A DNA stretch of 48,189 nucleotides, taken from contig JBBSLT010000002.1 of the NCBI GenBank assembly GCA_038233555.1, positions 1-48,189 on the forward strand, read 5' to 3'. The notes under the pieces were generated by a model. That model was given only the letters and a program-made list of their open reading frames with translations, was not told where the DNA came from and did not search any database. The position numbers and the translations under genes were made by a program. Shown here piece after piece: positions 16,933-25,026 of the stretch (positions are counted from its first letter, which is position 1; each line of letters begins with the position of its first letter). The DNA is from Acidimicrobiales bacterium. Lineage in GTDB: Bacteria; Actinomycetota; Acidimicrobiia; Acidimicrobiales; CADCSY01.

Positions 16933-18042
16933 ATGCGAGTGGCGGTCATCGGTGCCGGGTCGTGGGGGACGACCTTCGCGTCCCTGCGCTGCACCAACGG
17001 GCCCACGGTGCTATGGGCCCGACGAGCTGCGGTGGCCGAGGAGATCCAGCGCCACCACGCCAACGCCGACTACCTACCGGGGGTGGCCCTGGCCTCGACC
17101 CTGACGGCCACGACATCGCTCGCCGAGGCGATGACCGACGCCAACGCCGTGGCCGTGGCCGTGCCCAGCCAACGCTTCCGGGGCGTGCTCTCGGCGCTGG
17201 CCCCCCATCTCCCTGACGGTGTGCCCATCGTCAGCCTGGCCAAGGGCCTCGAGCAGCGCACCCGCCAGCGCATGACCGAGGTGGTGGGGGAGATTGCCCC
17301 CGGTCACCCGGTCGGGGTGTTGACCGGGCCCAACCTGGCCGGGGAGATCGTGGCCGGCCAACCCGCGGCCTCGGTGTTGGCCATGGCCGACGACACTCTG
17401 GCAACGGAGCTGCAGCTGGCCTTCTCCACCGAGTCCTTCCGCGTCTACACCAGCGACGACGTCATCGGCTGCGAGGTGGCCGGCGCCCTCAAGAACGTGA
17501 CCGCTATCGCCGCCGGGATGGCCGACGGAATGGGTCTCGGCGACAACGCCCGGGCGGCCATCGTCACCCGAGGCCTGGCCGAGCTCACCCGCCTGGCCGT
17601 GGCCCTCGGCGGCGACGCCCGGACGTGTGCGGGCTTGGCCGGGCTGGGCGATTTGGTCGCCACCTGCAGCAGCGAGAGAAGCCGCAACCACCAGGTGGGG
17701 GTGGCCTTGGGCCGTGGTCGTGCGCTGGCCGAGGTGGAGGCGGCTACGAGGACAGTGGCCGAAGGGGTGCGCAGCGCCCCGGTGGTCTGCGAGCTCGGCG
17801 TCGAGCTGGGTATCGAGGTGCCCATCGCCGAGCAGACGGCGGCGGTATGCGCCGGCCAGGCGTCGGCTGCCGACGCCCTCGCCGCCCTCATGCACCGCCG
17901 CCCCCGCCGCGAGCTGCACGGCCTCGACTCCGAGATGCCGGGAGTGTCATCCGCGAGGCGACATCGTCCCGTAGAAGACGACAGGGTAGAATCGGCAGAC
18001 GTTGCCATCGAGAGAGATGGCAGGTCGCACCGGGGGGAGTGA
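16933..18042 (+). CDS. gpsA: NAD(P)H-dependent glycerol-3-phosphate dehydrogenase
   Basis: MRVAVIGAGSWGT Rossmann motif, GLGDNARAA and GALKNV motifs. Carries about 35 aa of extra C-terminal tail. Confidence 0.9.
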   Translation: MRVAVIGAGSWGTTFASLRCTNGPTVLWARRAAVAEEIQRHHANADYLPGVALASTLTATTSLAEAMTDANAVAVAVPSQRFRGVLSALAPHLPDGVPIVSLAKGLEQRTRQRMTEVVGEIAPGHPVGVLTGPNLAGEIVAGQPAASVLAMADDTLATELQLAFSTESFRVYTSDDVIGCEVAGALKNVTAIAAGMADGMGLGDNARAAIVTRGLAELTRLAVALGGDARTCAGLAGLGDLVATCSSERSRNHQVGVALGRGRALAEVEAATRTVAEGVRSAPVVCELGVELGIEVPIAEQTAAVCAGQASAADALAALMHRRPRRELHGLDSEMPGVSSARRHRPVEDDRVESADVAIERDGRSHRGE

Positions 18043-18044
18043 GA

Positions 18045-18974
18045 GTGGCCAGAGAGCCAGGTGGCAGCGACGACGATGATCTCGTCCAGCTCTACCTGAA
18101 CGACATCGGCCAGCACCCGCTGCTGACTAAGGAAGACGAGGTTCGCCTCGGGGAAGCTGTCCAACTCGGGCGCTCGACCGCAGAGCGGCTGGCCTCCGGA
18201 GAGGCGATCGGTCTAGCCGAGCGCCGCTGTCTCCAAGAGCAGGTACGGGCGGGGGAGGAAGCGGGCCAGACCTTCGTCAAGTGCAACCTCCGACTCGTCG
18301 TCTCCATCGCCAAACGCTTCCCGTCGTCAGGCCTGCCGTTGCTCGACCTCATCCAGGAGGGCAACTTCGGCCTCATGCACGCAGTGGAGAAGTTCGACCC
18401 GAGCAAGGGGTTCAAGTTCTCCACCTACGCCACCTGGTGGATCCGCCAGTCCATCGGCCGGGGAGTGGCCAACACCGGCCGGGCCATCCGCCTTCCCGTC
18501 CACGCCAGCGACCAGCTGGTGGGCCTGCGCATCGAGAGCATCGCCTTCGAGGTGCGCCATGGCCGGGCCCCGCGCCCCGATGAGTTGGCCGAGGCCCTCG
18601 ACCTCTCGGTCCGCAAGGTGGAGGAGCTGATCCCCTACCTACAGGATCCCGTCTCGTTGTCCGAGCCCATGGGAGATGGCGAGCGTGAGCTCGGCGACGT
18701 GGTGGAAGACGCCGGCGGCGAGGCGCCCGACAAGCAGGTCTTCGCCGCCATGCTGCCGGCCCAGGTGGCCGACCTGCTGGCCGGCCTCGATGCCCGGGAG
18801 CGGGAGATCCTCTGTCTGCGCTACGGCCTCGACCGGGGCCGCCCCCGCACCCTGGAGGAGGTCTCCCAGAGCTTCAACCTCACCCGGGAGGGAATCCGCC
18901 AGGTCGAGGCCAAGGCGATCCTCAAGCTGCGCCGCCGAGCCGTGCGCGGCGAGCGCGACCTGCTTACCGCCTGA
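18045..18974 (+). CDS. RNA polymerase sigma-70 family factor (group 2/3-like)
   Basis: Region 2 (LIQEGNFGLMHAVEKFDPSKGFKFSTYATWWIRQSI), region 3, and region 4.2 (TLEEVSQSFNLTREGIRQVEAKAILKLR). Start GTG 18045 follows GGGGGGAG. Confidence 0.85.
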   Translation: MAREPGGSDDDDLVQLYLNDIGQHPLLTKEDEVRLGEAVQLGRSTAERLASGEAIGLAERRCLQEQVRAGEEAGQTFVKCNLRLVVSIAKRFPSSGLPLLDLIQEGNFGLMHAVEKFDPSKGFKFSTYATWWIRQSIGRGVANTGRAIRLPVHASDQLVGLRIESIAFEVRHGRAPRPDELAEALDLSVRKVEELIPYLQDPVSLSEPMGDGERELGDVVEDAGGEAPDKQVFAAMLPAQVADLLAGLDAREREILCLRYGLDRGRPRTLEEVSQSFNLTREGIRQVEAKAILKLRRRAVRGERDLLTA

Positions 18975-19046
18975 TCGAGCGGGCAGGCGAACTCGCCATC
19001 AGTCAAGAACCGGGTCCGATGCGTCGCTCGGGGTAACGTCTCGGCC

Positions 19047-19118
19047 ATGAACACTCGAGCCATTGCCATCATCGCCCTGGTGATCGCCGCCATCGTGCTG
19101 CTAATCCTCGTCCTCTGA
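19047..19118 (+). CDS. 23-aa hydrophobic micro-ORF (MNTRAIAIIALVIAAIVLLILVL), hypothetical
   Basis: ATG to TGA in the sigma/tauE spacer. A single TM-length hydrophobic stretch with mostly G/C third positions. No clear SD. Too short for the ORF track. Confidence 0.25.
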   Translation: MNTRAIAIIALVIAAIVLLILVL

Positions 19119-19173
19119 TCACCAACGTGGCGAGCCTGTCCGCCTCCGGGGCGGTCGGCGGAGCGGAAGCGAC

Positions 19174-19980
19174 GTGGAACCGGGTTCGCTGCGCGACGGG
19201 CTGACCCTTGTTCTGGGTCTTTTCACCGGTGTCCTCTCCGCCGCCTTCGGGGTGGGGGGCGCGATCATCTCGACCCCTGGCATTCGCCTGCTCGGCGTGG
19301 CTCCTCTGGTGGCGGTGGGCACCACGCTGCCGGCCATCCTGCCCAGTGCGATCAGCGGCGGGCTGCGCTACCAGGCCGAGGGGCTCATCGACTGGCGGGC
19401 AGTGGCGCTCACGGTGCCGAGCGGGCTGGCGGCGTCGGTCGGAGGTGCCCTGCTCTCGGGCCGCGTCCCCGGGGAAGGCCATGTGCTCCAGATCATGACC
19501 GCCACCCTGCTGGCCGTCAGTGCCTGGCGCACCCTGGCCGAGCGCCGGACCGAGTCCTCCCCGCCGCCGTCGACCACCGACGGGCTCCCCGCCGCCGAAG
19601 AGCCGCGTCGCGCTCGCCTGGCGGTGGTGGGGTTGAGCGCCGGCGGGCTCTCGGGGTTGCTCGGTCTCGGCGGCGGGCTCATCCTTGTCCCCGGCCTCAA
19701 CCAGGTGGGAAAGCTGCCGCTGCGGACGTCCGTGGCCACGTCGCTGGTCTGCGCCGGCGCCTTCGCCATACCCGGGACCATCACCCACGGCCTGCTCGGT
19801 AACATCGACTGGCGGGTGGCGTTGCTCCTCGCCCTCACCGTCGTCCCCGGAGCTCGCCTCGGTGCGGCCGCCTCCTTGCGCCTGCGCGAGCGGAGGCTGG
19901 CGACCGCCGTCGCCATCTTCCTCGGTGTCGTCGCCGTCGTCTACGCCGGCGGAGAGCTGGCCGCCCTAGCTACGCTTTGA
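19174..19980 (+). CDS. sulfite exporter TauE/SafE family membrane protein
   Basis: Two-fold repeated multi-TM pattern with GVGGAIISTPG and GLGGGLILVPG motifs. Confidence 0.8.
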   Translation: MEPGSLRDGLTLVLGLFTGVLSAAFGVGGAIISTPGIRLLGVAPLVAVGTTLPAILPSAISGGLRYQAEGLIDWRAVALTVPSGLAASVGGALLSGRVPGEGHVLQIMTATLLAVSAWRTLAERRTESSPPPSTTDGLPAAEEPRRARLAVVGLSAGGLSGLLGLGGGLILVPGLNQVGKLPLRTSVATSLVCAGAFAIPGTITHGLLGNIDWRVALLLALTVVPGARLGAAASLRLRERRLATAVAIFLGVVAVVYAGGELAALATL

Positions 19981-19984
19981 CCCT

Positions 19985-20662
19985 TCACTCGGCAACGGCT
20001 CGGGCCCGGGCGAAGACAGCGTCGAACATGTCCTCCGTGAGGCGACCGGTGAAGGTGTTCTGCTGGCTTGGGTGGTAGGAGCAGATCAGGAGGCTGCCGT
20101 CGGCCAGCCTCGCCTCCACGCCATGGCCGAAGCGGGGCCGGGGTGCCAGGCCGGCCAGGGTGGCTACCACCTGGTAGGCGAAGGCGCCCAGGACAACGAT
20201 CACCTGCACCTCTTTGAGCAAGGCTCGCTCGCGCACCAGGTAGGGGAGGCAGGTGTCGCGCTCGACGGGGGTGGGCCGGTTGGCGGGCGGCGCACAGCGT
20301 ACGGCGGCGCTGACGTAGGCATCCCGCAGCTCTAGGCCGTCACCCCGGTGCTCACTGGTGGGTTGGTTGGCGAAGCCGGCGCGATGCAGCGCCCGGAACA
20401 CCCAGTCGCCGGAGCGGTCGCCGGTGAAGACCCTGCCGGTGCGGTTGGCCCCGTGTGCCGCCGGGGCCAAACCGACGATGAGGAGGCGGGCGGCGGGATC
20501 TCCGAAGCCGGGGACGGGAGCGCCCCAGTAGTCGTCGCCCAGGTACGACGCCCGCTTGTCGACGGCTACCTGCTCGCGCCATTCGACGAGGCGCGGACAG
20601 GCCCGACAGCTGATCACGTCGGCGGTGACGAGGGCGAGCGAGTCGCTGCGGCCTGCTGGCAT
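19985..20662 (-). CDS. uracil-DNA glycosylase, family 5 (UdgB-like, Fe-S)
   Basis: Motif A GLAPAAHGANRTGRVFTGD, a Cys cluster (CRACPRL ... C) and motif B HPSQQN. ATG 20662 is preferred over GTG 20749 because GC3 drops upstream and 20749 would overlap the next gene. Confidence 0.75.
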   Translation of the reverse strand: MPAGRSDSLALVTADVISCRACPRLVEWREQVAVDKRASYLGDDYWGAPVPGFGDPAARLLIVGLAPAAHGANRTGRVFTGDRSGDWVFRALHRAGFANQPTSEHRGDGLELRDAYVSAAVRCAPPANRPTPVERDTCLPYLVRERALLKEVQVIVVLGAFAYQVVATLAGLAPRPRFGHGVEARLADGSLLICSYHPSQQNTFTGRLTEDMFDAVFARARAVAE

Positions 20663-20731
20663 TGAAGGCCACGGTAGGTTGGCGCCATCGCTGCTCGCAC
20701 CCCCAAGCTCAAGGCGCCGCCGGCCACCGTC

Positions 20732-21352
20732 GTGATCCTGGTCCGCCACGGCCAGACGCCCACGACCGGAAGCGTGCTGCCCGGCCGGGCCCCCGGCCTG
20801 GACCTGGCCGACACCGGCCTGGCCCAGGCCGAGGCGGTGGCCGAGCGCCTAGCCGGTCTCGATCGGGTCGATGCCGTGTACGCCTCCCCGTTGGAGCGGA
20901 CCCGACAGACGGCCAAACCCATCGCCAAGGCTCTCGGGCTGCGGGTTCGAGTCGACCGGGGCCTGCTGGAGTGCGACTTCGGCGAGTGGACCGGGCGCAA
21001 GCTCAAAGAGCTGAGCCGCCTGCCCGAGTGGACCACCGTGCAGCGCTACCCGAGCGGCTTTCGCTTCCCCGGCGGAGAGTCGTTCTCCGAGATGCAGAGC
21101 CGCATCGTCGGTGCCCTCGCCCGGTTGGTGCAACGCCATGCCGGAGGCGTGGTGGTCGCCGTCTCCCACGCCGATCCTATCAAGGCGGCGGTCGCCTATG
21201 CCCTCGGCACCCACCTCGACTTGTTCCAGCGCATCGTCGTCTCTCCGTGCTCGACGTCGGCGGTCAGCTACGGCCACGGAGGGCCGATGGTGCTCACCGT
21301 CAACTCCGTCAGCGGTGCCGTTCCCGTCGCCTCGGCCGGTGGCCGCTCATGA
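20732..21352 (+). CDS. histidine phosphatase family protein, MSMEG_4193-type putative phosphomutase
   Basis: N-terminal LVRHGQT (RHG catalytic motif), ERTRQTA and SHADPIK. First gene of the conserved actinobacterial trio. Confidence 0.8.
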   Translation: MILVRHGQTPTTGSVLPGRAPGLDLADTGLAQAEAVAERLAGLDRVDAVYASPLERTRQTAKPIAKALGLRVRVDRGLLECDFGEWTGRKLKELSRLPEWTTVQRYPSGFRFPGGESFSEMQSRIVGALARLVQRHAGGVVVAVSHADPIKAAVAYALGTHLDLFQRIVVSPCSTSAVSYGHGGPMVLTVNSVSGAVPVASAGGRS

Positions 21353-21876
21353 CGAGCTGGTTCGACCTTCCCGACGTCGACCGCTTCTCGGCGGGCACGC
21401 TCGGAGGGCCTGGCGAGCGGGTGTTCTACCTCCAGGCCGCCGCTGGCGGGCAGGTGGTCACGCTGCGCCTGGAGAAGGCGCAGGTGGCGGCGCTGGCCGG
21501 GTACCTGGCCGAGTTGCTGGCCGACCTCCCCACGCCGGCCCCCGAGGAGATCCCTGACGCCACCGAGCTGGTCGAGCCGGTGGTGGCCGAGTGGGTGGTG
21601 GGTCAGCTCGGGGTGGCGTTCGACGAGTCGCGCGACCGTCTGGTCATCCGGGCCGACGAGATGGTCGACGACACCGAAGAGGGAGCCGGATTGGTCACCG
21701 AACCGGTCGAGGGCGGGAGCGCCCGCTTCGCCCTCACCCGTCCCCAGGTCGCCGCCTTCGTCGTTCATGCCGCCGCTCTGGTCGTTGCCGGCCGTCCTCC
21801 GTGCCCGCTGTGCCGGCGGCCGCTTGACCCCGAAGGTCATGTATGCGTCAAGACCAACGGTCACAAGCCGCGTTAG
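21349..21876 (+). CDS. DUF3090 family protein
   Basis: FSAGTLGGPGERVFYLQA ... C-terminal CPLCRRPLDPEGHVCVKTNGH zinc-ribbon-like motif. ATGA overlap with the upstream gene. Confidence 0.75.
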   Translation: MTSWFDLPDVDRFSAGTLGGPGERVFYLQAAAGGQVVTLRLEKAQVAALAGYLAELLADLPTPAPEEIPDATELVEPVVAEWVVGQLGVAFDESRDRLVIRADEMVDDTEEGAGLVTEPVEGGSARFALTRPQVAAFVVHAAALVVAGRPPCPLCRRPLDPEGHVCVKTNGHKPR

Positions 21877-22553
21877 CGCTGCTCACCGAGGGCGAGGTCG
21901 AGCTTCTGGGCCGCATGCCCTGGAGCACGAACCAGACCTTCCTGGTGAAGCTGACCCAGGGCGACGAGACCCTGCGCGGCATCTACAAGCCGGGTCGGGG
22001 TGAGCGCCCCCTGTGGGACTTTCCCGGTGGCCTCTACCGGCGGGAGGTGGCGGCGTGGGTGCTTTCCGAGCTGCTGGGTTGGGGGATCGTGCCCGAGACC
22101 GTGCTCCGCGACGGCCCCTTCGGCGAAGGTTCGGTGCAGCGATTCGTGGAGGCCGACTTCAGCCAGCACTACTTCACCCTCTACGAGGATTCGGCCAATC
22201 GCGATGCTCTGCGCCGGATTTGCCTGTTCGACCTGCTGGCCAACAACACCGATCGCAAAAGTGGCCACTGTCTGCTGGCCGAGAACCGCGTCTGGGCCAT
22301 CGACAACGGGTTGTGCTTTCACCCCGCCCCGAAGATCCGCACCGTCATCTGGGAGTTCGGGACCGAGGCGGTGCCGGAGGAACTCCTGGCCGACGTGGAG
22401 TCGGCCTTGGCTCGCCTGCCCGGCGGCCTGATCGCTCTGCTCGGCGCAGACGAGCTGGCGGGCCTGGTGCAGCGGGGGGAGTGGTTGCTCCGTCAGCGGG
22501 TCTTTCCTGCTCCTGACCCCCTCGAGCACTGCTACCCCTGGCCCCTGGTGTGA
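21843..22553 (+). CDS. SCO1664 family protein (PI3/PI4-kinase-like fold)
   Basis: GIYKPGRGERPLWDF, FDLLANNTDRKSGHCL (kinase catalytic-loop-like) and IDNGLCF (DxG-like). Start uncertain; 21843 overlaps DUF3090 by 34 nt. Confidence 0.7.
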   Translation: MRQDQRSQAALALLTEGEVELLGRMPWSTNQTFLVKLTQGDETLRGIYKPGRGERPLWDFPGGLYRREVAAWVLSELLGWGIVPETVLRDGPFGEGSVQRFVEADFSQHYFTLYEDSANRDALRRICLFDLLANNTDRKSGHCLLAENRVWAIDNGLCFHPAPKIRTVIWEFGTEAVPEELLADVESALARLPGGLIALLGADELAGLVQRGEWLLRQRVFPAPDPLEHCYPWPLV

Positions 22554-23542
22554 GCGTCCCCCCTCTCGAGGCGGCCCTGGCCGCCGGTGACCTCGACGAG
22601 TTGGTGCGTTGGGTCGACCGCCTGGTGGCGGCCGGCGACTGGGACGCGCTGGTGAATCTGGCCCACCTCAGCCGGACTGGCTTCGAGCGCAGCGGCCACC
22701 AGCTCTGGCCCATCACCAGCCAGGTCGAGTACCGCCTGGCCCTCGAAGCCCCGGCTCCGTGGGCGGCGGCGACGGTGGTTGAGGGCTCGGGACGCTTTGC
22801 CCTCGGTCCGCTCGCCGAGGTGGCGGCGTCGACCCATAGCTGGACCGAACTGGTCCCTCACCTGGCGCCGGGACCAGGTGCGGGCCTCGTCGCCCACGAG
22901 CGGGTGGTTCGGGGCGAGGCGGTTGTCGACGATGGGGGATCGGAAACCGAGGTGTTGGAGCTGCCGCTGACTCTTCAGGCCTGGGAGCCCGACTACGCGG
23001 TGGCGACCTACCGACCGGACGGGGCCGACTTCCCCGCTCCCGCACTCGGCGCCTTTCGCCCCCTGACCCTGCCGGCGCCGGGTCCGCCGGTCAACGATGC
23101 CGACGCACCGGCGGCGCTGGCCGCCCTGGTCGAGGTCTGGGTGGTGGAGTCCAACGGCGTGGTCAAGGTGGTGGCGGTCGAGGGAACCGCTGACGGCGCC
23201 ATCGCCGCCTTGGGCCACGTCGATGTCAGGGCCCGAGAGGTCGGCTCCGGGCCGGCGCTGGCGGCCATGGCGTGGGCCGGCGCCAGCGGAGGAGCGCATG
23301 GCCGCCGCCGGGGTGCAGCCGTAGGCCGCTTCGGCGCCTGGTGGGCGCTGGCGGCCCTGACCGGCCTCCTGGACGACTGGCCAGTACCTCCAGCCGAGCT
23401 CGGCATCGCCGCCAAAGAGCTCCGCTACCTCCTGTGGGAACCAAAGAACCCCACCTCCGGCTGGTCCCTCCACCTAGCCATAGAGGATCCGGCGGAAGGC
23501 CTGGCCTGGGCCATAGCCGCCACCGACCAGATGGAACCGTAG
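22550..23542 (+). CDS. hypothetical protein, translationally coupled to the SCO1664-family gene
   Basis: 330-aa ORF with coding-like composition. GTG start overlaps the upstream TGA (GTGTGA). No motif I recognise. Confidence 0.55.
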   Translation: MSVPPLEAALAAGDLDELVRWVDRLVAAGDWDALVNLAHLSRTGFERSGHQLWPITSQVEYRLALEAPAPWAAATVVEGSGRFALGPLAEVAASTHSWTELVPHLAPGPGAGLVAHERVVRGEAVVDDGGSETEVLELPLTLQAWEPDYAVATYRPDGADFPAPALGAFRPLTLPAPGPPVNDADAPAALAALVEVWVVESNGVVKVVAVEGTADGAIAALGHVDVRAREVGSGPALAAMAWAGASGGAHGRRRGAAVGRFGAWWALAALTGLLDDWPVPPAELGIAAKELRYLLWEPKNPTSGWSLHLAIEDPAEGLAWAIAATDQMEP

Positions 23543-23570
23543 GGCCGCTATAGAAGGAGCAGGGAGGAGC

Positions 23571-23694
23571 GGCCGCCGGATGGCGGCCCAGAAAGGTGTT
23601 CAGTGCGGAGGTTGCCGGGCTTTGCCCGGTGACCGGAGCACAACCAAGGCTCGCCGTCGAACCTATGGTTCGGCGGTGATGGACGAGTGAAGGG
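23571..23694 (-). repeat. stop-codon-proximal multi-hairpin element, copy A
   Basis: Read on the minus strand it starts 5 nt after the fur-like stop codon. Shares boxes CCCT(T)CACTCG, GTGCTCCG, CGGGCAAAGCCCG and CTGAACAC with 28454-28551, and the CGCCGAACC/GGTTCG..CGGCG hairpin with 47508-47536. Confidence 0.7.
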
Positions 23695-23699
23695 ACCGC

Positions 23700-24134
23700 T
23701 CAGGCGCAGCCTGAGCAGGTCCCGATCAAGTCCAAGCGGTGATGTTCGGGCGAGAAGCCGGTGGTATTGGCCACCTCGGAGATGGCCTTGGCGACGGTGC
23801 GCTCGACCTGGGGTGAGGCAGTGAAGTCCTCCACGCCCCCGCACGAGGAGCAGATCAGGTGGTGGTGGTGGTGGGTGAGATCCTCGGCCAGCTCGTAGCG
23901 GGCGAAGTCGTCGGTGGTGACGACCCGGTGGACCGCCCCCGCCTGGCTGAGCACGGCCAAGTTTCTATACACCGAGCTCTGAGCCAGCCCGCCCATGAGG
24001 GTCAAGACGTCGGGGATGGACAGCGGATGGTTGGAGTCGGCGAGGAGATCGACGAGGGCGCGACGCTGTGTCGTATAGCGCTGACCGACGCCCCGAAGGC
24101 GTTCGGCAACCGTGGTGTGGACGTCGAGCTGCAT
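23700..24134 (-). CDS. Fur family transcriptional regulator (Fur/Zur-like)
   Basis: HTH region (TTQRRALVDLL, SVYRNLAVL), His-rich HHHHHLICSSCG and C-terminal CSGC zinc site. Confidence 0.85.
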   Translation of the reverse strand: MQLDVHTTVAERLRGVGQRYTTQRRALVDLLADSNHPLSIPDVLTLMGGLAQSSVYRNLAVLSQAGAVHRVVTTDDFARYELAEDLTHHHHHLICSSCGGVEDFTASPQVERTVAKAISEVANTTGFSPEHHRLDLIGTCSGCA

Positions 24135-24160
24135 GGGGTGAGGCTACCAGCTAGTGAGAA

Positions 24161-24874
24161 TCAATGAGAATCGCCAGCCTGGACCCGCTCCAAGCGGTTC
24201 TCGTAGTAGGCCTCCATGGCCTCGTTGGCCGACCGGATGGCGGCCAGGGCGTCGACCACGGCCGGCCATGACCCACCGGGGATGGCGCTGTAGAGCTCGC
24301 CGTCGCCGAGACCGGTGGTGATGCGATTGCCGGCACAACCCAGGCTGAGGGCGCTCTGGCTCGACTGCATGGCGAGGGGAAGGATGGCGCAGGCCGGCCG
24401 ACCGGCCACGGGGGCGGTCATGGACGTCACCCCGGCCCGCAGGGCGGCCTCGTGCAGCAGCATGGCCTGAGCGGGGTTGGCCGCTACGACCACCACGTCG
24501 GCGTCGAAGGGCACCTTCCCCACCGGTCCGTAGGCGACGTAGGCGGGGGCATCGTCGACGGTGGGAATGGCGGTGACCTCGTCCGGATCGATGTAGCCGG
24601 CGCCGACCATGAGCTCGATCGAGGCGACCAGATCGCCGGCCTGTTCCTCGGGAAGGCTCAGACCGTGGACGTGGCTGCCCACGGCGCAGTGACGGTGGGC
24701 GGCCGAGTCGGTGTAGAAGGTGTTGCCCGTCCGGGCATGGCGCCAGAAGGCGCAGCCGGCGGCCACCTCACCGCCGGACCAGGGGGCGACGCCCTCGGGC
24801 GGTTCGGCCAGAAAGGCGATGGCGACGGGCTCACCGTCGAGGCCGAGGCGGTCGAGTTCGTCGTGGTTAGGCAT
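24161..24874 (-). CDS. DUF169 domain-containing protein
   Basis: Matches my recollection of the DUF169 pattern (AFWRHA....FYT...H..C.VG..VHG...). Start set at ATG 24874 (MPNHDELD). Upstream ORF extension is low-complexity. 26 nt upstream of the fur-like gene. Confidence 0.65.
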   Translation of the reverse strand: MPNHDELDRLGLDGEPVAIAFLAEPPEGVAPWSGGEVAAGCAFWRHARTGNTFYTDSAAHRHCAVGSHVHGLSLPEEQAGDLVASIELMVGAGYIDPDEVTAIPTVDDAPAYVAYGPVGKVPFDADVVVVAANPAQAMLLHEAALRAGVTSMTAPVAGRPACAILPLAMQSSQSALSLGCAGNRITTGLGDGELYSAIPGGSWPAVVDALAAIRSANEAMEAYYENRLERVQAGDSH

Positions 24875-24971
24875 CTGGCCACTCTCGCGCAAACGCCCGG
24901 CTCCGTGCCGGTCGATGCACCCCCCGACCCATCCGTCCGACCGCCCGCCCGTCCGCCCGTCCCTCCCTCGA

Positions 24972-25016
24972 TCTTTGTCGCGTTCTGCACCGTACGGGTC
25001 CACAGCGCGACAAAGA
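24972..25016. repeat. palindromic hairpin repeat TCTTTGTCGCG-N23-CGCGACAAAGA, copy 1
   Basis: 11-bp perfect arms (24972-24982 / 25006-25016) with a 23-nt spacer. C-rich tract on the left and G-rich tract on the right. Second copy at 36695-36747. Confidence 0.75.
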
Positions 25017-25026
25017 ACGAAAGGGG

